A stretch of 64,000 bases of DNA, taken from the IMG/VR virus record IMGVR_UViG_3300047469_000197, positions 31,131 through 95,130 of that record; one strand, given 5' to 3'. Under the pieces are notes generated by a model, which saw nothing but the letters and a program-made list of their open reading frames with translations, was not told the origin of the DNA and made no database searches. A program made the position numbers and the translations under genes. Below are positions 28,576 through 37,633 of the stretch, in pieces; the first letter of the stretch is position 1; each line of letters begins with the position of its first letter. The stretch comes from a virus.

Positions 28576-28812
28576 TTAATTGCTGGAGGGCTTGCGGGTC
28601 ACGTCGAAATCCGGGTGGCTGTCGCAAAGCAACAGGAGATAGTGATACTCAATATAACTCAGACTCCGGTGGGACTTGTTGTCTGACTCTTTTGCCTGCC
28701 AGCTGCGGTAATTCATGCCAAAGGCATCTGCCATCTGCTGGAGCGTATATCCAGCCGATTCACGTATCGCCTTTACCTGTGCGCCTGACGGCGGGATCCA
28801 ATCTTTAATCAT
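28576..28812 (-). CDS. Small HTH regulator (KorC/Aca-like)
   Basis: PPSGAQVKAIRESAGYTLQQMADAFGMNYRSWQAKE; palindrome in its own promoter. Confidence 0.75.
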   Translation of the reverse strand: MIKDWIPPSGAQVKAIRESAGYTLQQMADAFGMNYRSWQAKESDNKSHRSLSYIEYHYLLLLCDSHPDFDVTRKPSSN

Positions 28813-28922
28813 CCTACACCCTTCGATTCTCTGCGCCTGCGAGTGCTTCGCGCTATTGCCGCCATACTAACAAAAAAGCATGCTCACGGGAGCATGCTTT
28901 CATAGGCTGGTTGCCGGAACTG

Positions 28923-29219
28923 TCAAGCCGTCTTCTTGGCAACCTTCCAGGCCGCTTTGAACGCAGCCACCAGATCGACAGGTATCCAGTAGCCGCTACT
29001 GTAGCCATCAGAATAGACCGGGCAACGATCGGAGAAATGCCCCCAGGTTTGATAATGCTTGCTGTTGGCGTAGCAGTAGCAAGGCAGCTCCGTGAGGCTC
29101 AGCGCATCCTCAATACGTTCAACGCGATCCCCCTGCTCTTCGGTGCCAACGATAATAAAATACCAAAGGCCGTCATGCTCCCGGTCATTCGAATTGATGC
29201 TTTCACGCTGCAGTCTCAC
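28923..29219 (-). CDS. Small protein, DUF5417-like
   Basis: MRLQRES..DG.WYFIIVGT..FKAAWKVAKK; two palindromic operators upstream. Confidence 0.55.
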   Translation of the reverse strand: MRLQRESINSNDREHDGLWYFIIVGTEEQGDRVERIEDALSLTELPCYCYANSKHYQTWGHFSDRCPVYSDGYSSGYWIPVDLVAAFKAAWKVAKKTA

Positions 29220-29416
29220 TGTTCAGATCCCCGCGCAAGCAAATCACCGGTGGTCGCGTCTGTATTTGTATAAAGGGTCATTTGTCACATCTCTGATGGG
29301 TGAGCAGCAACGCGCTGCCCTTAAGATGTAACTTATGCTCAACTGAGCATGTTGGCAAGTTTTTATGCTCCGCTGAGCATGCTTTACCGTCACGCGTTAA
29401 TAACGGGACGCTGACG

Positions 29417-29719
29417 CTACTGTGAACCCAGGATACCGCTTATATCTGTTGATAAGCAGTCTTTGTTTTTTTTCACTATAGCTGCGGCAACCAGCACCCC
29501 GGCAATAGTAACCGCTAAAGGAAATGCCAATGTCGTCAAGGTCCCGATAGAAAGGATTTCCACAAGCGTATACACCCAGGCCGCAACAACACTGACAGCA
29601 ATCCCTTTCAGAAAGCGATTAGTTTGTTCTACACCACAGGCATACGATGATTTTTGGTAACAGGCGAGCATCACTAAAGACAGAGCAGATAATACAAAGG
29701 TTCTTCTTGTTAAGGCCAT
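29417..29719 (-). CDS. Three-TM membrane protein (AT-rich)
   Basis: Three hydrophobic segments; GAGG RBS. Confidence 0.65.
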   Translation of the reverse strand: MALTRRTFVLSALSLVMLACYQKSSYACGVEQTNRFLKGIAVSVVAAWVYTLVEILSIGTLTTLAFPLAVTIAGVLVAAAIVKKNKDCLSTDISGILGSQ

Positions 29720-29728
29720 TTGGACGCC

Positions 29729-30265
29729 TCACTTTATCCGGGTAAATACTGGGGTTGCGGTTACGTTATAGAGTTCGCGCAATGCGAATGATGTCAATAT
29801 CCCGGAGACTGCAGCCTGTTCGAGGCTGTATCCGGAGTAAACCTTTTCAAGAGGAACGGATGATAGGTACCTATCAATGACTTTATGAATGCCATCCATA
29901 CTTAGCCCTTTTTTGTCATATGTTTCTTTGTAGATTTTTGTCACCAGCCCCATGCGATACTCAGACTTGAGCTTAAAGATCCTTGTCCAGACGTTTAAAT
30001 CGGCATCATGTCTCAGCATGTTGGCGAGCAGAACGGGCTCACCTTTTTGTATTCTAGGCACAATTTCTTTAATAAATTGGTCAACCGAGCTGCCACAAGA
30101 CACGCTGAAAATAAAAATTTTACTGTCTTTTGTTACCGGGCCAATTGGAAAAGTACTCATGGCCTGAGCGTCAGTAAGCCCGAAAGTATGGTCTTTTATT
30201 GGTTTGACAGACACAAAATTGAAATCATCAATCTTCACTGTTTTAGGTTTGGCGGAAAGATCCAT
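29729..30265 (-). CDS. Hypothetical protein (AT-rich)
   Basis: 178-aa ORF ending 9 nt before the membrane gene. Confidence 0.7.
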   Translation of the reverse strand: MDLSAKPKTVKIDDFNFVSVKPIKDHTFGLTDAQAMSTFPIGPVTKDSKIFIFSVSCGSSVDQFIKEIVPRIQKGEPVLLANMLRHDADLNVWTRIFKLKSEYRMGLVTKIYKETYDKKGLSMDGIHKVIDRYLSSVPLEKVYSGYSLEQAAVSGILTSFALRELYNVTATPVFTRIK

Positions 30266-30805
30266 TTATAGTTACTCACGGTTACTAACATAATACAAGA
30301 GTAGTTGAGTTTTCGCTGCTTGCTCGGCTCGTTAAGGCGTCTGAATATCTGCTATACGAATGATGCCGGTAGTAAACAAACGCTAAAAGCCATTCAGTAC
30401 CATCCATTCGATCCTCTCTTTCCTGTTCAGCCGCTGGCGACACTCCTGCTGAGTAATGCACCGTGCCCTTAGGCATAACAAACATATCTAACATGGAGTT
30501 TAGTTTTAGATGTAAAAAAGCCCATCACAAAGATGGGCAAAGACTACACACAGCAATTTCGTTGTTACCAGATCGCTACATCATAACGGAGAGAACACCG
30601 TGAAGCTTTGGGCAACCGCTTGGCTCGGTCGGTGCTCTCTCCTGTTGTGCCCCCGCCTTTTCGCCACGCATCGGCGGGGTAATGCGCTTTCTCCAGCTCG
30701 CAGACTACCTGCGGCCTTATGGCTAGATTGCAGTGAGCAATAGCTCATTGCAGCCGTGTTCTTTCACACCGTCACGGGCTGGTTAAGTCTGCCGCTGACT
30801 GCCGT

Positions 30806-30982
30806 CTATGGCTGTTTCGTTACTTTTACTTTAAGTGCAGCGTTGATGAACGGCCATGCGAGATATACCGCCAGACCTATCAGAATGCCGTCAGAGACAC
30901 GCGACAGGATCATGCTGGTGAAATCCACCAGCACGGACATTACAAGCAATGCCGCAACGAGCAGCAGCTTAAGATTGAGCAT
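30806..30982 (-). CDS. TciB-like small membrane protein
   Basis: MLNLKLLLVAALLVMSVLVDFTSMILSRVSDG; overlaps end of tciA. Confidence 0.6.
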   Translation of the reverse strand: MLNLKLLLVAALLVMSVLVDFTSMILSRVSDGILIGLAVYLAWPFINAALKVKVTKQP

Positions 30983-31409
30983 CGAGGTGATTTTCCAGAC
31001 GCAATCCGAGAATATTTGCGATCTCTTCCAGCACCTTGCGCTCTTGTGGTTCAACTTCGCCATCTGCTTCAGCAATTGCAACGGCTACATCAAGCACGTC
31101 CTCTGCTTCGCGTGTGTCGTGTTTAACATCTTCGATTTCACGCAGAGCGGCACGACGGCCAATTTTGAAATTCGTTTCCAGCTGGCCGATGATCGTGGAG
31201 CTGATTCCATTAATTTCAGAGGTGAATGCCGCGAGCGCTGGCTGATTGCGCAGCACCTGCTCAATCTTCGCCTTCTCTGACGTTTCGCATTCGCCATCGG
31301 CATAAGCAACCAGGTAGGCAGCATTCACGACTGCCTGCGCCAGATCGCGCTTCTCAAATTTCTTGATTTCAGATTTTGCAGCTTTCGCTTTTTTCAGGAG
31401 CCCAAACAT
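30969..31409 (-). CDS. tciA: TerB-family protein TciA
   Basis: MFGLLKKAK..LVAYADGECE..AIAEADGEVEPQERKVL. Confidence 0.85.
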   Translation of the reverse strand: MFGLLKKAKAAKSEIKKFEKRDLAQAVVNAAYLVAYADGECETSEKAKIEQVLRNQPALAAFTSEINGISSTIIGQLETNFKIGRRAALREIEDVKHDTREAEDVLDVAVAIAEADGEVEPQERKVLEEIANILGLRLENHLDAQS

Positions 31410-31494
31410 ATTCGTTTCCTTCTTTTGGTTGCCCTGGTGAGGCAGAGTTATCGCATTTTATCTGCGGCCACCAGCTGGTGGCCAAACAGAGGAT

Positions 31495-31731
31495 TTATTC
31501 TTCCAGCTGGAGCACGCCATACTGAGAATCTTCTAAATCATTCTCGGCGTAAGCGACCAGGCCGCTGTACTCAGGCAAACCCTCATCAGGGAACGCCGGG
31601 ATCTCAGCGTGCGAGATGATGGCTTTGCGTTCGGCGCTGAAGCCTTCTTTCTCGGTTACGTCTAAATCAAAAAACTCAGCGAGTGCTTTGATTTGGCTGC
31701 AGTTCAGTTCTGCATATGTCTTGCGTTCCAT
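31495..31731 (-). CDS. Small acidic protein
   Basis: GAGG RBS; 78 aa. Confidence 0.55.
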   Translation of the reverse strand: MERKTYAELNCSQIKALAEFFDLDVTEKEGFSAERKAIISHAEIPAFPDEGLPEYSGLVAYAENDLEDSQYGVLQLEE

Positions 31732-31761
31732 AGTGCCTCGATAAAAGTGATCGGGGGGTAT

Positions 31762-32139
31762 TTACCTTGCCAGGCGGTGATAGAAGGCACGCGAAGCAGC
31801 TGCGCCGATGCAGAGATTAATACCGGGGCGGTACATATCATCAACGCCGTTCCGCAATTGCTGTGTGAGCTCTTCCCCGACTAAATCCATACCGCTGGCC
31901 TGGATGTCCCGTATAGCTTTGGCGGTGGTCGGCGCGTTTTTACATGCCTTCACTGCCAAAGCCAGCTGTTCGCGATGTTCTGGTGTCCAGTCGCTTTGAC
32001 TGTGCACCAGCTGCATAGCCACCTCAAAGACGCGGTACAGGGCCGCGCTTTCAGCCGTAAGGTGTTTAACATTGGCGGTTAATGCCTGGAACTGGTCAAT
32101 AACCGCCTGTAGTGAGATCGGGAGTGTGTTATCAGTCAT
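31762..32139 (-). CDS. Hypothetical phage protein
   Basis: Coupled to upstream gene. Confidence 0.55.
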   Translation of the reverse strand: MTDNTLPISLQAVIDQFQALTANVKHLTAESAALYRVFEVAMQLVHSQSDWTPEHREQLALAVKACKNAPTTAKAIRDIQASGMDLVGEELTQQLRNGVDDMYRPGINLCIGAAASRAFYHRLAR

Positions 32140-33010
32140 TCTCTACTGTGTGGCGTTGATCTACCGTCACGCACCCTTTCGCCATGCTGATTTTTTCAAT
32201 CTGCGCTTTGGTCGGGTTGTTCGGGAAATAGATGTAATTGGTCTGTCCGCCAATGCGCACATCAGAAAACACGGCACGGAAACGGGAGCCATCGGGCCAG
32301 TTAGCATTAGGGCGCATTGTCTCTTTGGTACCGAAGTTCATGTGCCCTGCTTCCCGGAATGAACAGAATTCATCAGTGATGCGGCGTGACTCCGAACCTG
32401 TTGATTCCATCACGTGTACGCGCGCACGGCGGGCCGTAAATTCAACATAGTGTTCGTTGAAATCCTGCTGTGACGGACGGTGTTTAAAGTGAACGTAATA
32501 CGCAGCGCCATGCAGATCCGTGTTGAACGGCTCCACCAGGATTTTCCAGTTGTAGCCCTGTACCCAGAAACGAGAGTCGTTGATAAAGGATTCAGGCTGG
32601 CGGCGAAGCGGCTGCTCTACCCCCTTCACCTTAATCTCTTCAATCGGCGGCATGATTTCACGCTTAGGTTCAGGAGCCTGTACAGGCGCTGCTTGTGCTA
32701 CAGGTGCTGGAGTGGCGATGACTTGCGCGGGTTTAATAGGGGCAGAAGATGCCACGCTTTGCGGAGTAGACGGGCTTGCCTTGGCGGGTTCGCTAACTAC
32801 TGCCGCGGGTGCCGTCTCAGTAACAGCCGAATTGAGTACTGAAGCTGCCGCCGCTGGCTTGGCGATCATGTTCCACAGGCTGAGGAACTGATATCCCTCT
32901 TCCGGCGTAATCGCTTTGTTTGTGGCGATCTGGAACATCAAGCAAACACGGCTCATGGCGTCTGCGGTCGGGGCTTCAAATTGGGGCAGTTCTGTCTGCA
33001 AAGCGTTCAT
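32132..33010 (-). CDS. Hypothetical protein with Pro/Ala linker (position of P1 pmgT)
   Basis: Operators at 33087-33103 and 33163-33179 upstream. Confidence 0.65.
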   Translation of the reverse strand: MNALQTELPQFEAPTADAMSRVCLMFQIATNKAITPEEGYQFLSLWNMIAKPAAAASVLNSAVTETAPAAVVSEPAKASPSTPQSVASSAPIKPAQVIATPAPVAQAAPVQAPEPKREIMPPIEEIKVKGVEQPLRRQPESFINDSRFWVQGYNWKILVEPFNTDLHGAAYYVHFKHRPSQQDFNEHYVEFTARRARVHVMESTGSESRRITDEFCSFREAGHMNFGTKETMRPNANWPDGSRFRAVFSDVRIGGQTNYIYFPNNPTKAQIEKISMAKGCVTVDQRHTVEND

Positions 33011-33198
33011 ATTAATGTCCTATTAAAGTAATTAGTCGCAACGGTATGCCGTTTTGCGTGCAGGGAATTTAGCTCATGCAATTTTGACATACAATACTAA
33101 ATAGGAATTTATTTGCCACATTGAACCAGGCAACAAAGGCTCTTTACTGAATTTATTGATTGATTAAGGATACTAAATGTATGAATTTAGCTGCTAAA

Positions 33199-33954
33199 TC
33201 ACTTCATCAGATCACGAACTTTAAGCAAATCGTCCATGGTATCCACCCCATGTGCTGACAGCTCATTTAGACGATGAATCCGGATCCTGCCGCCGTTCCA
33301 TAACACCCGCAGTTGTTCCAGCTTTTCCGTGTATTCCAGCGGTGAAATGCCCCACTTGATGAAGTCCAGGAGGAACCCGGCGTGATAAGCATAAACACCG
33401 ACGTGACGCATGAAATAAGCCCGCATGGTGTGATCGTAAATCAGTTGGCCGTCCCGCGAGAACGGCACGCCGGCGCGTGAAAAATACAGAGCGTTGCCGG
33501 TTCTATCCCCCACGACCTTAACCACATTCGGATCGTCCAGCTCGGTGGCCGTAAGGTCGGATACGGCGACCGTCGCCATTTCTGTGCCGCTTACCTTCAA
33601 TAACTGCGCCAGCTCTGCCAGGTGCTCACCGGGAAACATCGGTTCATCACCTTGCAGGTTCACGATCACAGTGCTTTTAGGGATACCCAGCTCGGATATG
33701 GCCAGCGCGATGCGGTCGGTGCCACTGACGCATTCAGAAGGCGTAAGCTTTACCATCACCCCCTCATCAGCAGCTATCCTGCCAATCACAGGATGATCAG
33801 TAACGACGATCACTTTTTCGGCGCCTGACTCTTTGGCGCGATCAATCGTGTGCGCGATCATCGGGCGGCCATTAATGTTTTGCGTGGGTTTCATCGGCAG
33901 GCGTGTTGAGTTCATACGGGCGGGGATAACAACAGTGAACGGGGTGTAACTCAT
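33199..33954 (-). CDS. kdsB: CMP-Kdo synthetase (3-deoxy-manno-octulosonate cytidylyltransferase)
   Basis: VVIPARMNSTRLPMKP, SGTDRI, IVNLQGDEP, ALYFSR, RHVGVYAY, LEYTEKLEQLRVLWNG, GVDT..DL. Confidence 0.95.
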   Translation of the reverse strand: MSYTPFTVVIPARMNSTRLPMKPTQNINGRPMIAHTIDRAKESGAEKVIVVTDHPVIGRIAADEGVMVKLTPSECVSGTDRIALAISELGIPKSTVIVNLQGDEPMFPGEHLAELAQLLKVSGTEMATVAVSDLTATELDDPNVVKVVGDRTGNALYFSRAGVPFSRDGQLIYDHTMRAYFMRHVGVYAYHAGFLLDFIKWGISPLEYTEKLEQLRVLWNGGRIRIHRLNELSAHGVDTMDDLLKVRDLMK

Positions 33955-34003
33955 TGGGGAATGCTCCGGGGGGAAAACCGGGCCGCAGCAGCGGCCCTAC
34001 AAC

Positions 34004-34273
34004 TTAAACAGACTCACTCTGCGGGAACTCTTCCGCGTAAGCTTCAAGATCACCGCTACTGGCCGCCTTAATCGCTGACTTCAGCGCATCGAGGGCGTTC
34101 TTGGCGATAGTCCAGAGCTTGCCGTAAAGCTCCTGGGTGCCACAGCTCTTGTGCGAGAAGACCAGGCGGAACTCCCCCGCCTCAATGCGCATAGAGAAGT
34201 TTTCACTCAGGCGCTTAACCCACCAGAAAATCTCTTCCAGCGTGTAACCACGATACTGCTTATCCGTTGGCAT
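34004..34273 (-). CDS. Hypothetical protein
   Basis: In operon ahead of kdsB. Confidence 0.55.
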   Translation of the reverse strand: MPTDKQYRGYTLEEIFWWVKRLSENFSMRIEAGEFRLVFSHKSCGTQELYGKLWTIAKNALDALKSAIKAASSGDLEAYAEEFPQSESV

Positions 34274-34275
34274 AA

Positions 34276-34584
34276 TTATGAGCTCGCTTGCTCATAAAGC
34301 GCCTGCTCTGCGGCATGCTGAAGCGGGTCGTCCACCAGCCCAAAGGTCAGGCGAGAGAACAAAGCGCGAGCCTTTTCGGCGGCAACCTCAGCCTCTGCGT
34401 CCGGGGAAATCTCCAGGAACGCCGCATCGATAACCTGGGGCAGCGTCCCGGTGTAGGTGTACGCTTCACTCTGTTCGTCAACGATTGAAAGCGCAGCCTG
34501 GCCGCTAGAGCCTTTGCTCAGGGTCATGCTGGTGGTTTCGTGGAAGATCCAGAACAGCTTTGCTTCATACGATAATTTCGACAC
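34276..34584 (-). CDS. Hypothetical protein
   Basis: AAGGA RBS with GTG start. Confidence 0.55.
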   Translation of the reverse strand: MSKLSYEAKLFWIFHETTSMTLSKGSSGQAALSIVDEQSEAYTYTGTLPQVIDAAFLEISPDAEAEVAAEKARALFSRLTFGLVDDPLQHAAEQALYEQASS

Positions 34585-34689
34585 TTTTCGTTTCCTTGGT
34601 TAGTTGGATTGTTCTGTGCACTTTTAAGCAGTGCCCTAAGAACCACAGGCAAAGCCTTTGAAACGCTGGCGTGCCGGGTGGCATGCGTG

Positions 34690-35970
34690 TTATTTCGGCT
34701 GCTTACCGTGTGCCAGCACCGGCACACCGTTCTCTTTGTCCCAGCTGTCGACCAGCAGATAACAGGCGGCAAGAATCGCCTCAGCCATCTTCTGGCTGAT
34801 GCCCTTGGTCATGGCCAGTTCGCCAGCGTCAAACATCACGATGTCGCGAAGAGTGTTGTGATTGTCAGCCAGCAGCGCTTTTCTGGCTGCTGCGGTCAGC
34901 CCTTCAATGCTTTCGGTCGGAATGCTGCGTGCCCACTCGGTACGCTGAAGCAGGTGCGGATGCGTGCTCTCGAGCTCATCCTTGATCATATCTTCCAGCG
35001 CATCGTAGATGTCATCAGGCCAGTACTCCGTGACCAGCGGATCGCGGCGATAGCTTGGGCGCAACCACTCGTTGAACGAGACAGCTGCACCAACGCCAAT
35101 GGAAAGCCAGATGATGAAAGTAAAGTCGAGGTTGTTGATCAAACGCGGGCGCACGTCTGCACTCTGAAGGGTGTAGGTGCCGTGATAGCGGCGGTTTATT
35201 GTGAAATGTAGCGGTTGGCCACCAGCCATTATGGTTTCATAGCGATAGCCCGCGCTGATACCATCATTACGAGCGATGTGACCAGCAAGGCGGGCAACCT
35301 CACCACGTTCAGACTCCAGCCCCTGCATCAGTATCGTGTTTTGCTGGCGCAGATCCAGGCTCGCAGCATCGCGCTCCCGGAGAGACTTGCCCAGCTCAGC
35401 AATTTTGGCGCGGTCAGCGCGGGCTTCCGTTTTAAGTTCGGTGTTTTTCTTCTTGAGTTTTTCCGGCTCCAGAATCTTCAGCGCTTTGATCTCAGCACGC
35501 ATGTTGATATCGCGTGTCTTGTACACCTCGATCATGCTGTTCTTTTCTTTGAGCTCGCCCTTATTGGTTTCAAGGAGGCCGGTAAGCTCATCGATATGGC
35601 GCTGGAATTCGAAACGGGCGCGCTCAATGGCTTCAGAAACTTCTTCGTCTTGGTTATTCAGGCGACCTAATGCGACCTCCAGCTCATCCCGGACTTTAGC
35701 CAGGTCAGACTGCACAAGTCGCAGCGCCATATCACGGCTGCCAAGCGTTTCCACCAGCTCGTCCGTTTCGTTGTAATCGGCATTAGCTATGCCCGCCAGC
35801 TCTTCTGCCCAGGCGCGAAGCATCTGCATGCAGTTATCGATATAGCGCACCGTCATGTCATCACCGCTGACGCGCTTAATGGCATAGTTGAGCTGGGCTA
35901 GTGGACCTTCGATTTCCTGCAGCTTCTCGAAAATGCTGGGTGCTTCTGCAACGGCTGGTTGAGCGGACAT
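34690..35970 (-). CDS. PmgS-like coiled-coil protein with C-terminal HhH-like domain
   Basis: 426 aa, long coiled coil; syntenic with P1 pmgS. Confidence 0.7.
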   Translation of the reverse strand: MSAQPAVAEAPSIFEKLQEIEGPLAQLNYAIKRVSGDDMTVRYIDNCMQMLRAWAEELAGIANADYNETDELVETLGSRDMALRLVQSDLAKVRDELEVALGRLNNQDEEVSEAIERARFEFQRHIDELTGLLETNKGELKEKNSMIEVYKTRDINMRAEIKALKILEPEKLKKKNTELKTEARADRAKIAELGKSLRERDAASLDLRQQNTILMQGLESERGEVARLAGHIARNDGISAGYRYETIMAGGQPLHFTINRRYHGTYTLQSADVRPRLINNLDFTFIIWLSIGVGAAVSFNEWLRPSYRRDPLVTEYWPDDIYDALEDMIKDELESTHPHLLQRTEWARSIPTESIEGLTAAARKALLADNHNTLRDIVMFDAGELAMTKGISQKMAEAILAACYLLVDSWDKENGVPVLAHGKQPK

Positions 35971-35981
35971 ATATTCTACCT

Positions 35982-36215
35982 TTAAAGTTTGGTGCTGGCC
36001 GTGTGCATGCTCATATAGCCGAGGTATGAAACGGACAGCACCGGCACGTTATCCGGGTAGTCTTCCTGCCTGGCGAGCATGCCCAGCCGTAGCGGAGTCA
36101 TGAGATTATCCGGGTACTGCGCTATCAGTGAGCGCGCCCCGTTGTCGGTCATAAAGCACACCGAAAAAAAGTGATAACGGCGGGAAAATATCTTACGTAG
36201 CAGGCTCATAGGCAT
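35982..36215 (-). CDS. PmgR-like small protein
   Basis: VLSVSYLGYMS; flanked upstream by two operators. Confidence 0.6.
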   Translation of the reverse strand: MPMSLLRKIFSRRYHFFSVCFMTDNGARSLIAQYPDNLMTPLRLGMLARQEDYPDNVPVLSVSYLGYMSMHTASTKL

Positions 36216-36320
36216 CCGACATAAGATACTAAATTATGATCGCGCAACAATATCCACAATTTAGTATCTTTTGTAAAGTTAAATGGGTGATTACCCGCCT
36301 TTTATGGCAAATAACCGGAG

Positions 36321-37043
36321 TTAACTGGTTTCGCTTTCTGCCGCAACCTCGTAGGTAAGGAACGGTGGCACCCACGATTCACCACAGTCTCTGGGACGTG
36401 GTTTGCCGTGGAAGATCACCACGCGCGTGCCTGTAGGCAGCTCACCATTTCCGCGAGAATAGCGCTCAGTGGCATACGGGCTTTCCCCCACTTTCACTAC
36501 GTCGGCCTTATAGCTCACGAACCAGCCCGGATAGAGATCCTGGAAGCGCGGACAGTCACCAATCACCCCGCGAATGAAGCCTTGATCGCCCCACTTCTTG
36601 GTGATGGTGCACTCCTGGATGTGACGTTGCGGCTCACGCCAGAACGTGTCCCAGACGGCTTTTTTAGCCGCATTAGGGATGAACATCACTGAGCTCATCA
36701 GATATTGTGGATGGTAGAAATCAGTCAGCATCACCATCTTGTCGCTGGAGATTTTCAGCAGCTTTTTGATGTCGCCGGTGATAACCGTATCCAGATCGAA
36801 ATACAGCAGGTCATCGGTAATATCCGGACGGAACAGATCCATTTTCGCCCACCAGCCTTTAACACCTCGATACGGGTTAGACAGGTTGACGCATGTCACG
36901 CCGTCCATCACAAACGGGATATCGGTAAAGCACAGGATTTCCGCGCCCGCAGGCAGCTGGGCAACGATCGTGCGCACATCATCAGCGGAGTAATCACCGC
37001 CAGAACGCAAAACAAGAGCAATTTTTAGCTGTTTTTTAGCCAT
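36321..37043 (-). CDS. GT-A (GT8-like) glycosyltransferase (PmgQ-like)
   Basis: GWWAKMDLF, LYFDLDTVI (DxD), GDQGFI, IFHGKPRP. Confidence 0.85.
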   Translation of the reverse strand: MAKKQLKIALVLRSGGDYSADDVRTIVAQLPAGAEILCFTDIPFVMDGVTCVNLSNPYRGVKGWWAKMDLFRPDITDDLLYFDLDTVITGDIKKLLKISSDKMVMLTDFYHPQYLMSSVMFIPNAAKKAVWDTFWREPQRHIQECTITKKWGDQGFIRGVIGDCPRFQDLYPGWFVSYKADVVKVGESPYATERYSRGNGELPTGTRVVIFHGKPRPRDCGESWVPPFLTYEVAAESETS

Positions 37044-37633
37044 TCTTTAAAACTCATTTGAGGGATGGAATTGAGCTTCCCGCAGGAAACCACGTTGATT
37101 TGAGACAGCGCAGAGCTGAACAACAGCGGCAGGTGAGATAAGTTGCCGGGAGTCCCGCCAGAATGCACACGGGCCTCCTGTGTGGCATCCACACCCACCA
37201 GCGCGACATTGCGGTAGCCAAGGTGGTGCGCCAGCCCCAGCGCGCCCCAGGCACTGTTACCGTTATGGATATAACGCGTGTTTTCTGACAGCCCACTACG
37301 CGCGGACCAGCGCCACAGCCACCACTCTGGAGAGTGTTTAACAGGCGGTTCCTCACCACGCAGGGACAGGCGCTCAAACTGGTGAACATTGGGCAGGTCA
37401 ATGGGAAGCCCCGCCGCAAAATAGGTCACGTTTCGGCGCCGGATGCGCAAGCGCCGCATGTTGATCGCGGATGGGTCCAGGGTGAAGAAATATGAGGCGC
37501 GACTGATCCAGTCGATAGCGCCATTAACCGCAATAACCGGGACGCCTCGCGGAGGTACAAACTTGTCTGCGGACGGCCCGGAAGCCACGATGATCACGCG
37601 ATCACCGCCTCCAGGCTTTTTAAAGGAAAGCAT
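37025..37633 (-). CDS. Maf/sialyltransferase-like protein (PmgP-like)
   Basis: IIVASGPS, VIAVN, FFTLD, NSAWGALGLA, ALVGVD. Confidence 0.7.
   Translation of the reverse strand: MLSFKKPGGGDRVIIVASGPSADKFVPPRGVPVIAVNGAIDWISRASYFFTLDPSAINMRRLRIRRRNVTYFAAGLPIDLPNVHQFERLSLRGEEPPVKHSPEWWLWRWSARSGLSENTRYIHNGNSAWGALGLAHHLGYRNVALVGVDATQEARVHSGGTPGNLSHLPLLFSSALSQINVVSCGKLNSIPQMSFKEWLKNS

Noticed and set aside
30514-30805. tRNA genes as found near tci in P1
   Set aside because: No T-loop GTTCRA or cloverleaf seen by eye; tRNAscan-SE would settle it
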